Of a stretch of 46,979 nucleotides of DNA, positions 27,074 to 35,463 are shown piece after piece. A program made the position numbers and the translations under genes. The DNA is from Nitrososphaerota archaeon (lineage in GTDB: Archaea > Thermoproteota > Nitrososphaeria > Nitrososphaerales > JAPUIC01): assembly GCA_027297425.1 (NCBI GenBank), contig JAPUIC010000121.1, positions 1 through 46,979 on the forward strand. The letters are read 5' to 3'. The number at the start of each line of letters is the position of its first letter. The first letter of the stretch is position 1. The notes under the pieces are model-generated. The model saw only the letters and a program-made list of their open reading frames with translations. It was not told where the DNA came from and searched no databases.

Positions 27074-27895
27074 CTATAATGACGATATTCTACCACTCTT
27101 ATCCCGAGTCAAGAGACCGAGTTCATCCTCTACCTTGATAAGTTCATGTGAATCTAAAACGGGTCCATCCCTACATAAGATAAGATCACCGACACAACAA
27201 CTACCACATAGTCCGATTGCGCATTTCATTATCCGCTCTAGGCTTGCCTGAACCTCTATACCTCTAGCAATAGATAATTGCACAACCTTCTGCATCATAA
27301 ACTCTGGTCCACAAACGTATACCATGTCAATTTTTTTTTTGCCCATCAAGCTATTTAGGGTCTTAGGCGCTTGGCCCTTAACCCCGATACTACCATCATC
27401 AGTAGTTAGTATTAGCTCTCCCTTATCAAAATCCATTAACTTAGTAGCTTTCGCCAAAAAAGGAAGTTCGGATCTTGTTTTGGCCGCTAACAGCAGAGTA
27501 ACCTCGCGATCTTCGGACAAAAGTGCTTCAGCAAGCGGGATAAGAGGCGCTATTCCGGTCCCTCCTCCGACTAGGGCGGCCGACCTTCCTTTAAGTTGAA
27601 AGCCTCGACCGTATGGTCCTCTAACCCCGATGAGTTCACCAGTCCTCATCTTGTATAGACTGTTACTACCCTCGGCCCAAGGCTTTACCGTCACTGAAAC
27701 ACTCCCAGACTTGATATTAGAGAGACTTAACGGGAATTCATCTACCCCAGGAATCCAGAGCATGATAAACTGTCCAGCCGTAGCAGCTGAACATTCGTCA
27801 TCAGCGAATTCAAAGGTCTTCATTGTAGCGCTCTCATTCTGAACGCTCAGAATCTTGCATATTCTGGGCCTATTAACGCTTGTGAGCAATTCCAA
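27074..27895 (-). CDS. pyrK: Dihydroorotate dehydrogenase 1B electron-transfer subunit
   Basis: 273-aa ORF. FAD/NAD-binding ferredoxin-reductase fold (GGGTGIAPL) and C-terminal 2Fe-2S cluster CAIGLCGSCCVGDLILCRDGPV. Overlaps pyrD by 23 nt. Confidence 0.9.
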   Translation of the reverse strand: MELLTSVNRPRICKILSVQNESATMKTFEFADDECSAATAGQFIMLWIPGVDEFPLSLSNIKSGSVSVTVKPWAEGSNSLYKMRTGELIGVRGPYGRGFQLKGRSAALVGGGTGIAPLIPLAEALLSEDREVTLLLAAKTRSELPFLAKATKLMDFDKGELILTTDDGSIGVKGQAPKTLNSLMGKKKIDMVYVCGPEFMMQKVVQLSIARGIEVQASLERIMKCAIGLCGSCCVGDLILCRDGPVLDSHELIKVEDELGLLTRDKSGRISSL

Positions 27896-28784
27896 TGATA
27901 CCTTTTAGGTCGTCATGCCCTTTTTCTTCTAGATATTTTATTATTCCATCGACTATCTCTTGAAACAAAATCAAGTCTCTGCTAGCTATAGCTGTACCAA
28001 CTTGGACAGCAGTCGCCCCAACCATAAAAAATTCTATAGCGTCTTCCCATGTGGTTACGCCCCCACAACCAATTATAGGAATATTCAGGGATTTGTACAA
28101 TTCATACACACACCTAATCGCTACTGGTTTTAGAGCGGGTCCAGAAAGCCCTCCTACTCTATTATGTAGAATCGGTCTACCTATCTTTAGGTCTATCACC
28201 ATACCCTTCATGGTATTCACAGCGGTTATACCGTCCGCGCCAGCCTCTTCCGCGGCTTTGGCAATTTCGATAACGTCAGGAACCATGGGAGTTACCTTGA
28301 CAAAGAGTGGTTTTTTGGATTTTTGCTTAATTGCTGAAGTAAGTTCATATACAGATCTGGGGTCACTTCCGACTTCAACCCCAACATTGCTAACATGAGG
28401 ACATGAGAGGTTAAGCTCGTACGCCTGACAGGGAGTATCTTCAAAAGAGTCCACTATTTTGGCAAGCTCCTCAGGAGAACTCCCGAATACGCTTACTATT
28501 ATCGGCATGTCTAACCAGTCTGCTTCCCTTAACTCCTCGGAAAATGCTTCACATCCAGGATTTGGAAGGCCCATCGCGTTAAGATACCCTCCTTCTACTT
28601 CTACGAGGGTTGGAGCACTGTAACCATCGTTAGGTTCGAGACCGATAGACTTGGTAACAATGCCGCCAGCCCCAGACTTCTTGATTCTCATGAATGTCTT
28701 CGGAGAAATCCCCAATATACCAGAAGCTAAAAGAGTCGGGTTCTCAAGCTTTAGGCTCGAGATGGCAACAGAGATATCTACCAT
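27873..28784 (-). CDS. pyrD: Dihydroorotate dehydrogenase (class 1B catalytic subunit)
   Basis: 303-aa ORF. TIM-barrel DHOD motifs GLPNPG, ELNLSCPH, GLSGPALKP and IGCGGVTTWEDAIEF. Confidence 0.92.
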   Translation of the reverse strand: MVDISVAISSLKLENPTLLASGILGISPKTFMRIKKSGAGGIVTKSIGLEPNDGYSAPTLVEVEGGYLNAMGLPNPGCEAFSEELREADWLDMPIIVSVFGSSPEELAKIVDSFEDTPCQAYELNLSCPHVSNVGVEVGSDPRSVYELTSAIKQKSKKPLFVKVTPMVPDVIEIAKAAEEAGADGITAVNTMKGMVIDLKIGRPILHNRVGGLSGPALKPVAIRCVYELYKSLNIPIIGCGGVTTWEDAIEFFMVGATAVQVGTAIASRDLILFQEIVDGIIKYLEEKGHDDLKGIIGIAHKR

Positions 28785-28886
28785 TGCAAATCCAGCTCGA
28801 TAAAACCGTTCATCTCTTTAATAAATTCACTATAATCGAATTATGAGTCATACTTAATTAGGGCTTTCATTTTTCGTTCTCTAGAT

Positions 28887-29273
28887 TTGGGAAAATCCAA
28901 AGAGAACCTGAAAAAAAGGAAAATCACTGGTGGTAGGAAACGAGCTATGAGGAGTAGAAGAGCGTATGAAAAGAACTCTTACCCCATCGAGACCGTGGTC
29001 GGCGAATCCCAGAATAAAGTTAGAATGGTTAGAGGTGGCAATATCAAGATTGGAGCGAAATCGGCTCTATTTGTCAATGTTGCTGATCCCTCTTCAAAAA
29101 AAGTTACTAAACTCAAGATCGAATCTGTCACGTCCAATTCAGCGAGCCGGGATTATGAAAGAAGAAGGATAATAACCAAAGGAGCGATCCTCCAGACTGA
29201 GTTAGGGTCGGTCAAGGTTACTTCTAAGCCAGGCAGAGATGGTGAGATTAACGGTTTACTCCAAAATAAGTAA
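28887..29273 (+). CDS. rps8e: Ribosomal protein eS8 (S8e)
   Basis: 128-aa ORF. KRKITGGRKRAMRSRRAYE ... VRMVRGGNIKI ... ASRDYERRRIITKGAIL. TTG start. Confidence 0.85.
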   Translation: MGKSKENLKKRKITGGRKRAMRSRRAYEKNSYPIETVVGESQNKVRMVRGGNIKIGAKSALFVNVADPSSKKVTKLKIESVTSNSASRDYERRRIITKGAILQTELGSVKVTSKPGRDGEINGLLQNK

Positions 29274-29279
29274 TCTACA

Positions 29280-29588
29280 ATGAAGGAATATGGCAAACTC
29301 ATAATCTGGGTTGATTACTTTAACTCAGCTATAAAGAGATCAGAAGGTAGACGTGTTCCTCTTAGCTCTGCAGTGCGGGATCCGACGTTACAAGAGCTTG
29401 TGCACGCTACTAAGGGGATAGGCTATTCCCCCGAGCCTCAAGAAGGATACTATCCCAAACGTAGTAAGGTCAAGTCTGGCTACGTATCACTAACGAAAAA
29501 AGTAAGTAAGAGTATCACGGTTAAGAAGGTAGCGAACAGACTAGTACAAGTTAAGGGAGAAAAGAAACAGAGTAGTGGTAGGAGATAG
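29280..29588 (+). CDS. srp19: Signal recognition particle protein SRP19
   Basis: 102-aa ORF. IIWVDYFNSAIKRSEGRRVPLSSAVRDPTLQEL matches the SRP19 core motif (YF...RseGRRvp). Confidence 0.8.
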   Translation: MKEYGKLIIWVDYFNSAIKRSEGRRVPLSSAVRDPTLQELVHATKGIGYSPEPQEGYYPKRSKVKSGYVSLTKKVSKSITVKKVANRLVQVKGEKKQSSGRR

Positions 29589-29644
29589 AGTACATGTGCG
29601 AAACACTGATATGCGATAAATTAATCGGCGAAGAGGTTAACTGA

Positions 29645-30067
29645 GTGTCAACATCGCAATATAGACGGTTCACGGATGAGATCATGACTTTCTTAGGAAA
29701 AAAAGTCGCTGTTGAAACATCGGATAACCGCACGATTAAGGGAGTTCTTGTAGGGGTCAGTGAAAAAATGGATCTAATACTGAGTGAACCTGTAGGAGTA
29801 GATGAAGGTGTTATGAAAATGGTTCTAAATGGTGAATTTGTTAAGGAAATAAAGTTGTTAGAGAAGCCTTTTGACCTAAGAGCACTAAGTGATCGGTTGA
29901 CCAGAGTTTTTCCAGGGATGGTATCTCTAAGAGAAGATCTCCAGATAATCACGGTAATGGATAAGATAAGGGTATCAGAACAAGGCGTGACCGGTGAGGG
30001 ACTCGCTTTTGATAAGGTTAAGGGTGTCTTCGATGAATTTGTTAGAGAGAGCAAAGAGACGGATTAG
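29645..30067 (+). CDS. Sm-like (LSm) protein with C-terminal extension (SmAP3-like)
   Basis: 140-aa ORF with GTG start. Sm1/Sm2-like segment FLGKKVAVETSDNRTIKGVLVGVSEKMDLILSE ... MVLNGEFV, followed by ~70 extra residues. Confidence 0.55.
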   Translation: MSTSQYRRFTDEIMTFLGKKVAVETSDNRTIKGVLVGVSEKMDLILSEPVGVDEGVMKMVLNGEFVKEIKLLEKPFDLRALSDRLTRVFPGMVSLREDLQIITVMDKIRVSEQGVTGEGLAFDKVKGVFDEFVRESKETD

Positions 30068-30368
30068 AGTATTAGTGCAATAACTCGAAGTAGAAAAATA
30101 ATTCAGATTACTCGTCACACTAAAAGATTTATTATTACTGGCCCTGTTCGGGGTTATCCCGATACTGTATCGTGCGCTATCGACGGCCCTGAATGAAGAT
30201 ATGATTTACAGGGTCTACCCAGAGGCGCCACAAGTGGAGGGAGCCCCGGAAAAGAGGCCAGATGAGTGATTATCATATCGTGACTCTCGGCTGTTCAGAG
30301 ACGGGGTACACTTTATTTCGGATGAAGGTTTGCATATAGACTCCTGTCTTCTGTAACGTGAACGACAT

Positions 30369-30779
30369 ATGAGAAGAAAGATAACACCTAGAGTTCTAGA
30401 CAGCATTCAGAACTTCATTATGAAGTTAAGTCAAGAGTCCGAAGAGGGTGCATTAGTAGTTGTCGAAGGGCCGAAGGATGTACAAGCACTCCGTTCACTT
30501 GGCTTCATGGGTAAATACCATATGCTGTGCTGGAATGCAGGTCTCTCACGACTTCCAGCAGAGATGATACTACACACTAAGGTTATTCCGCTCTTAGATC
30601 TCGATAAAGAGGGTCGAGCTTTAACCAAAAAAATCATAGTTACAGCAGAAAAAATAGGAGTTAAGGTGGATCTGTTCTTCTGGAGACAGATAGTCCCGCT
30701 AACAAGGGGTTCTATAACCGAGATTCAAGAGCTGATAAGATTTAGTGATGATGCATTCCCCGTGACCATGACTGACTAA
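30369..30779 (+). CDS. Small Toprim-domain protein
   Basis: 136-aa ORF. Toprim Glu in ALVVVEGPKDVQALRSLGF and DxD-type acidic cluster IPLLDLDKEGRAL. Confidence 0.55.
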   Translation: MRRKITPRVLDSIQNFIMKLSQESEEGALVVVEGPKDVQALRSLGFMGKYHMLCWNAGLSRLPAEMILHTKVIPLLDLDKEGRALTKKIIVTAEKIGVKVDLFFWRQIVPLTRGSITEIQELIRFSDDAFPVTMTD

Positions 30780-30788
30780 CTAATTTAA

Positions 30789-31247
30789 TTAGATTAGGTC
30801 TTCGTCTAAAGAGATTATGCGGATGCTCTCAACGTTAAAATAACGTTTAGCCAACAACCTAGCCCGTTCAGCATTCCTACCGCTTCTACCAACGACCTCA
30901 CCCTTATGACGTTGGTCTACCAGTATCAATGCGGCCTTCGTCCCCCCAGGTTTTTCGGACATCCTGATCTCACTAATTTTACGAGTATTTAGAGCATTAA
31001 TGATGAAATCTTTAGGATCCTCAGCATACTCCACTACCTCAACTGGTTTTCCAAGTTGCTTCTCAGCACTTTTGATCGAAGACCCGCCCTTTCCTATTGC
31101 CAGACCCATATCGCCTTCATTCACAACAAAAATAATGCGATTCATCTTCTCATCTAGAATACAATCTCGGGCAGTAGCCCCGCTGATGCTCTGAAAGAGA
31201 GAAATTCGTCCTAATTCTTCGGAGGTGAGCTTGATTGTCTCAGGCAT
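30789..31247 (-). CDS. nusA: Archaeal NusA-like protein (two KH domains)
   Basis: 152-aa ORF. KH GXXG motifs AIGKGGSSIK and VVGRSGRNAE. Conserved position after rpl30e in the RNAP cluster. Confidence 0.85.
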   Translation of the reverse strand: MPETIKLTSEELGRISLFQSISGATARDCILDEKMNRIIFVVNEGDMGLAIGKGGSSIKSAEKQLGKPVEVVEYAEDPKDFIINALNTRKISEIRMSEKPGGTKAALILVDQRHKGEVVGRSGRNAERARLLAKRYFNVESIRIISLDEDLI

Positions 31248-31363
31248 GCAGTCTTGTTCACTAAGGATTTTTTTAATGTCTGCTTTGAGAGATTTAAGTT
31301 TATTCGAAGCACTGGAACTAGATTACAATTCGGATCTATCGGGTACTATCGTAGGGGAAGAGA

Positions 31364-31666
31364 TTATTGCTTAAGAAGTCCAATATTAGCGTCTCCTGAA
31401 CTCTTAATCGCTACAACAGATATCCTATGTTGTCTGCCACAGGTTTTACCAAGGGCCATAGAATTTCCTTCATAATATATTGTAGGGATTTTTTGGGAAT
31501 CTGCGTCTTCTAGGAGTCTCTTTCGAGGAGGCGCTTCGAGCGATGATGAATAAATAATTAGTAAAGAGTCTTTTATGGAATTCGAAACTTCTTTTAATCC
31601 AAGGACGCACTCTCCGGTCTTTAACGCTTTTCTCATTACAGTCTGAAGAATCTTCTGATCCACCAT
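31364..31666 (-). CDS. rpl30e: Ribosomal protein eL30 (L30e)
   Basis: 100-aa ORF. ALKTGECVLGLKEVSNSIKD ... IPTIYYEGNSMALGKTCG is typical of the L30e/L7Ae fold. Starts 1 nt after the rpoA stop. Confidence 0.85.
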   Translation of the reverse strand: MVDQKILQTVMRKALKTGECVLGLKEVSNSIKDSLLIIYSSSLEAPPRKRLLEDADSQKIPTIYYEGNSMALGKTCGRQHRISVVAIKSSGDANIGLLKQ

Positions 31667-31667
31667 T

Positions 31668-34600
31668 CTACTTCCCTCTCATGAAGACGTCGATCATCCC
31701 AGTACCGAGCGGGATCGGTAATCCTACTATTACGTTCTCAGTTACTCCTTTAAGGCCTTCATGCTCACCTTTTACTGCTGCATCGGCAATTGTAGGGACC
31801 GTAATCTCGAAGGCAGCTCGAGCTAGAACACTAGATTTGGTACCGGCGATACCGTGTCTGCCTATCGACTGCAGGTATCCTTTTGAAGTCATAAGATCCG
31901 CAACCAAGTAGATATGTCGGATATCAACTTCTAGGCCTTGTTCCTCAAGCGTGCCCATTAGTTCCTTAACCAAAGCAGTTCTTGCAGCCTCGATACCTAG
32001 CGTAGTGTTGATCTCATGTATGTTATTGGTGGTAGTCCTAGTGGTATCAACTCCCTCCACCTTGAATACCTTAGACAAACTGGAGCCGGAGGTATGAATC
32101 AACCACTCATCCTTTGGTTTGACAACGGTGACACGGGTGATTCCAGGAATGCCTTTCACTTTAGTATTCAACAGCTTATTCCTAAGGACAAACAATGATT
32201 GAATGTTAGCGTTCTCTACAGATACAGTAACACTCTTTCTATCCCTACCAATCTCAACTTTCTTCTTCGCGCCCGCGACGCCTTCAGCCACCATATCTAT
32301 ATCGCAATCCCTATCCTTCAATAGACTATCATTAAGAACGAGTTTTACCTTACCAGTGTAATCAATCGTACAAGAATCGAGGAGATCCGACGCTTTGGTG
32401 AATAGTATGCTCCTTGCTACCTTTAACGCTTTCTCATTGGAACTGCGACTTTCTTTATCTAGATAGACCTCCATAGATGGTTTAGATGGTATCTTTCTAG
32501 CATCTACCAATTCGATTAACCGTGGGAGACCCAATGTAACGTCCCTTTCTGCTACACCTGCAAAGTGGAATGTCCTAAGTGTCATCTGGGTACCTGGCTC
32601 ACCGATCGATTGCGCCGCGACTATTCCAGATGCTTCACCGGGCTCAACTGTCGCCTTCTTCAGTAAATCAACGGCTTTCTTGCATACACTGTTGAAATGC
32701 TCGCCACTAATGGGATTGCTCTTTAAAGAATCTCGTAGATCGCTTACAATTCTTGGATTCAGATTTCGCTCGTATTTCCTGAGTATAGATAATATCTCCT
32801 TCTCAGAGGACTTACCCTTCTTAAAGGTCAGTGCTTCAGTTTCGATGAGACGTTCGACGTTCACAGCTCGTCCATGGTCACTTTTAGCTGGATCCACTCC
32901 GTCTTCTCCATAGGTGAATTCCATGATGTTGCCATGAGGATCTCTTGCCGTCAGATCGTATTCGACTTTGATATGTTCTAAGGCATTTACCAGACGGCGC
33001 TGCATATATCCACTCTGCTGTGTTCTTACAGCGGTATCGACTAATCCTTCTCGTCCACCCATAGCGTGGAAGAAGAATTCTATTGGATCTAGTCCTTCTC
33101 GATAATTTGACTTTACGAATCCGCTTGCATCTGGCGATTGGTCCCCCGGCTGAAAATGAGGCAATGCCCGACTCTGATAGCCGTTATGAATTCTTCTACC
33201 TCTAACCGATTGTTGTCCTAGCGCTGCAGTCATCTGTCCGATGTTAAGACTCGATCCTCTGGCTCCAGTGCGTGCCATCACTACCCCGGCATTATCTAGT
33301 GGGAATGTCGTATCTGCAACCTTTCCGGCTCCATCTCTAGCTTTTGCGAGCTCTCGAATGGTGTAAAATTCTAGTGCCTCCTCAGGAGACATCCCTCTCG
33401 TCAATTGCAATGTCTTCTTCTTGTATTGACTATTTAGACCTCGTACTTCTTCATATGTATCAGCCAATAGACTCTCGATGTCTTCTTTTGCGGTCCCAGC
33501 CAAGGTAAGCTCATTATAACCATAAGTGAATCCACAAAAGCTCAAATATTCTTTCAGAAGGGAACAAATCGAGTTCAGGAATTTGCGGGCTTCATCAGGT
33601 CCATAGTCTATCGCAATTCTATGAAGGATACTATCTGGTTCCTCCGCACCGATTGCAGCTCTATCAATGACGCCACTAAGGAGTTGTCCATTCTTTATTA
33701 CAACGTCATTTTTGGGCGTTCCCTTCAAGCCCCTACCCCATTTTGATGCCATTACATAGTTGAAATCTTTGGGGAGGAATAGGGAAAATAGTTGCTTCCC
33801 ATCATAGAGAGATTTTTTCGAATCAGCTGGACTAGGTAGTGGACCAGAGTAACCACCTGCATATGCAAGCTTAGTGAAATCCTCTCTTGTTAAGGGGCTT
33901 TTGCCATTAGTCAACAGGTAAGCGGCTGTTAAAAATTCCCTAATGGCCCCAATAATAGGCCCTCCATATCTAGGAGAAATTAGCTGATCATGAACTTTCA
34001 TCAGCATTGCTGCTTCTGATCTGGCTTCTTCACTTTGTGGAATGTGGAGATTCATCTCATCTCCGTCGAAGTCGGCATTATATGGTGGACAGACAGCGGG
34101 ATGGAGACGGAATGTTCTGCAAGGAAGGACCCTGATGAAGTGTGCCATAACCGACATACGGTGAAGGGATGGTTGTCTGTTGAAGATTGCAATATCTTTA
34201 TCCACCAGATGCCTCTCGACGATAAATCCTGAGGCTAATGTATCTCGTATTATTTCTCGATCCGTAACGTAATCTAGCCTAATTTTTACCCCATCAGGTC
34301 TTATCACGTAGTTAGCGCCTGGATGTCCCTCCGGTCCGGTCATCACTAGTTCTTTCAAGAAATCAATGTTCCAAGGAGAAACTTTTTCAGGAATTGTTAG
34401 TTTCTTGGCCACCTCAAAGGGTATTCCAACTTCAGAGATATCGAGACAAGGATCTGGTGAAATAACTGTTCGGCTAGAAAAATCTACTCGTTTACCTGAG
34501 AGACTACCCCTAAACCTTCCCTCTTTTCCCTTGAGTCTTTGACTAATGGTCTTGAGAGGCCTGCCCGATCTATGGTGAGCCTGGGGAATTCCAGATACCT

Positions 34601-35453
34601 CATTGTCAAAGTAGGTCGTCACGTGATATTGTAGAAGGTCAACCAAATCCTGAACTATGAGTGGCGGCGTACCAGATTCCTTACTCTCCTTTACCCTTTG
34701 ATTAACTCTAAGGATATCAACGATCTTGTGCGTCAGATCATCTTCTGATCGTATTCCAGATTCTAGAGTGATAGATGGCCTTACACCGAGAGGAGGGACG
34801 GGTAGTACCTGCAGAATGAACCACTCTGGGCGAGTTGCTTTGAAATCATAACTCAGGAGTAAGAGATCATCATCGATCATCTTTTCTAATCTCTCTCTTA
34901 TCGCGATTGGGAGTAACCGGGTAGCTCCTCCCCCCTCAGTCACCTCATGGAAGATAGTTGATTTCGTAAATTCGATCTCATACTGCTGTTTTCCACAATG
35001 GGGACATATCTTGACCTTCTTCGCTTTTACATATATCTCCTTAGCCATCATCGGCATTAGACTAGGTGTAAAAGAGGTCTTGTTTTTCATCTGCTCCTGG
35101 AATTCCAATAATTCTGATGGGGTTAGCTTGATCCTGCCACAGCTTCTGCAAATAGAGACAAGTAGTTTATGTAAATCATCTACGAAAGCAACGTGAATAA
35201 CAGGTTCTGCAAGCTCCACATGTCCAAAATGGCCGGGGCATCGAACTGCAGTATTACCGCATGTCCCGCATTTCTGGCCCGGTTCGATAGTTCCTAGCCG
35301 GTAATCCATTAGCCCTCCCTGAACTGGCATTCCATCTTCATCGTATGTTTCAGGAGCAGTTATCTCGGTCACGGAGTATCGTCTTATATCGTTAGGAGAA
35401 AGTAGAGCGAAGTTAATGCCCCCAACTGTTTTTACGGTTTCTTCTACTATCAT
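31668..35453 (-). CDS. rpoA: DNA-directed RNA polymerase subunit A, unsplit (A' and A'' fused in one 1261-aa ORF)
   Basis: Zn motifs CGTCGNTAVRCPGHFGH. Catalytic NADFDGDEMNLH. The A''-type segment VEPGEASGIVAAQSIGEPGTQMTLRTFHFAGV continues in the same frame with no stop or restart. Confidence 0.95.
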   Translation of the reverse strand: MIVEETVKTVGGINFALLSPNDIRRYSVTEITAPETYDEDGMPVQGGLMDYRLGTIEPGQKCGTCGNTAVRCPGHFGHVELAEPVIHVAFVDDLHKLLVSICRSCGRIKLTPSELLEFQEQMKNKTSFTPSLMPMMAKEIYVKAKKVKICPHCGKQQYEIEFTKSTIFHEVTEGGGATRLLPIAIRERLEKMIDDDLLLLSYDFKATRPEWFILQVLPVPPLGVRPSITLESGIRSEDDLTHKIVDILRVNQRVKESKESGTPPLIVQDLVDLLQYHVTTYFDNEVSGIPQAHHRSGRPLKTISQRLKGKEGRFRGSLSGKRVDFSSRTVISPDPCLDISEVGIPFEVAKKLTIPEKVSPWNIDFLKELVMTGPEGHPGANYVIRPDGVKIRLDYVTDREIIRDTLASGFIVERHLVDKDIAIFNRQPSLHRMSVMAHFIRVLPCRTFRLHPAVCPPYNADFDGDEMNLHIPQSEEARSEAAMLMKVHDQLISPRYGGPIIGAIREFLTAAYLLTNGKSPLTREDFTKLAYAGGYSGPLPSPADSKKSLYDGKQLFSLFLPKDFNYVMASKWGRGLKGTPKNDVVIKNGQLLSGVIDRAAIGAEEPDSILHRIAIDYGPDEARKFLNSICSLLKEYLSFCGFTYGYNELTLAGTAKEDIESLLADTYEEVRGLNSQYKKKTLQLTRGMSPEEALEFYTIRELAKARDGAGKVADTTFPLDNAGVVMARTGARGSSLNIGQMTAALGQQSVRGRRIHNGYQSRALPHFQPGDQSPDASGFVKSNYREGLDPIEFFFHAMGGREGLVDTAVRTQQSGYMQRRLVNALEHIKVEYDLTARDPHGNIMEFTYGEDGVDPAKSDHGRAVNVERLIETEALTFKKGKSSEKEILSILRKYERNLNPRIVSDLRDSLKSNPISGEHFNSVCKKAVDLLKKATVEPGEASGIVAAQSIGEPGTQMTLRTFHFAGVAERDVTLGLPRLIELVDARKIPSKPSMEVYLDKESRSSNEKALKVARSILFTKASDLLDSCTIDYTGKVKLVLNDSLLKDRDCDIDMVAEGVAGAKKKVEIGRDRKSVTVSVENANIQSLFVLRNKLLNTKVKGIPGITRVTVVKPKDEWLIHTSGSSLSKVFKVEGVDTTRTTTNNIHEINTTLGIEAARTALVKELMGTLEEQGLEVDIRHIYLVADLMTSKGYLQSIGRHGIAGTKSSVLARAAFEITVPTIADAAVKGEHEGLKGVTENVIVGLPIPLGTGMIDVFMRGK

Positions 35454-35463
35454 GATAAGTACC

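Noticed and set aside
30140-30345. Possibility that the GC-rich spacer is SRP (7S) RNA or RNase P RNA. It is about 300 nt and close to srp19.
   Set aside because: CCCCGGAAAAGAGGCCAGATGA loosely resembles the SRP helix 8 region, but the GGAA is not closed by a base pair and the conserved AGCA loop is absent. I found no long 5'/3' helix 5 pairing. The RNase P CR-I motif (GGAAAGTCC) is absent on both strands. It is kept only as an unclassified candidate.
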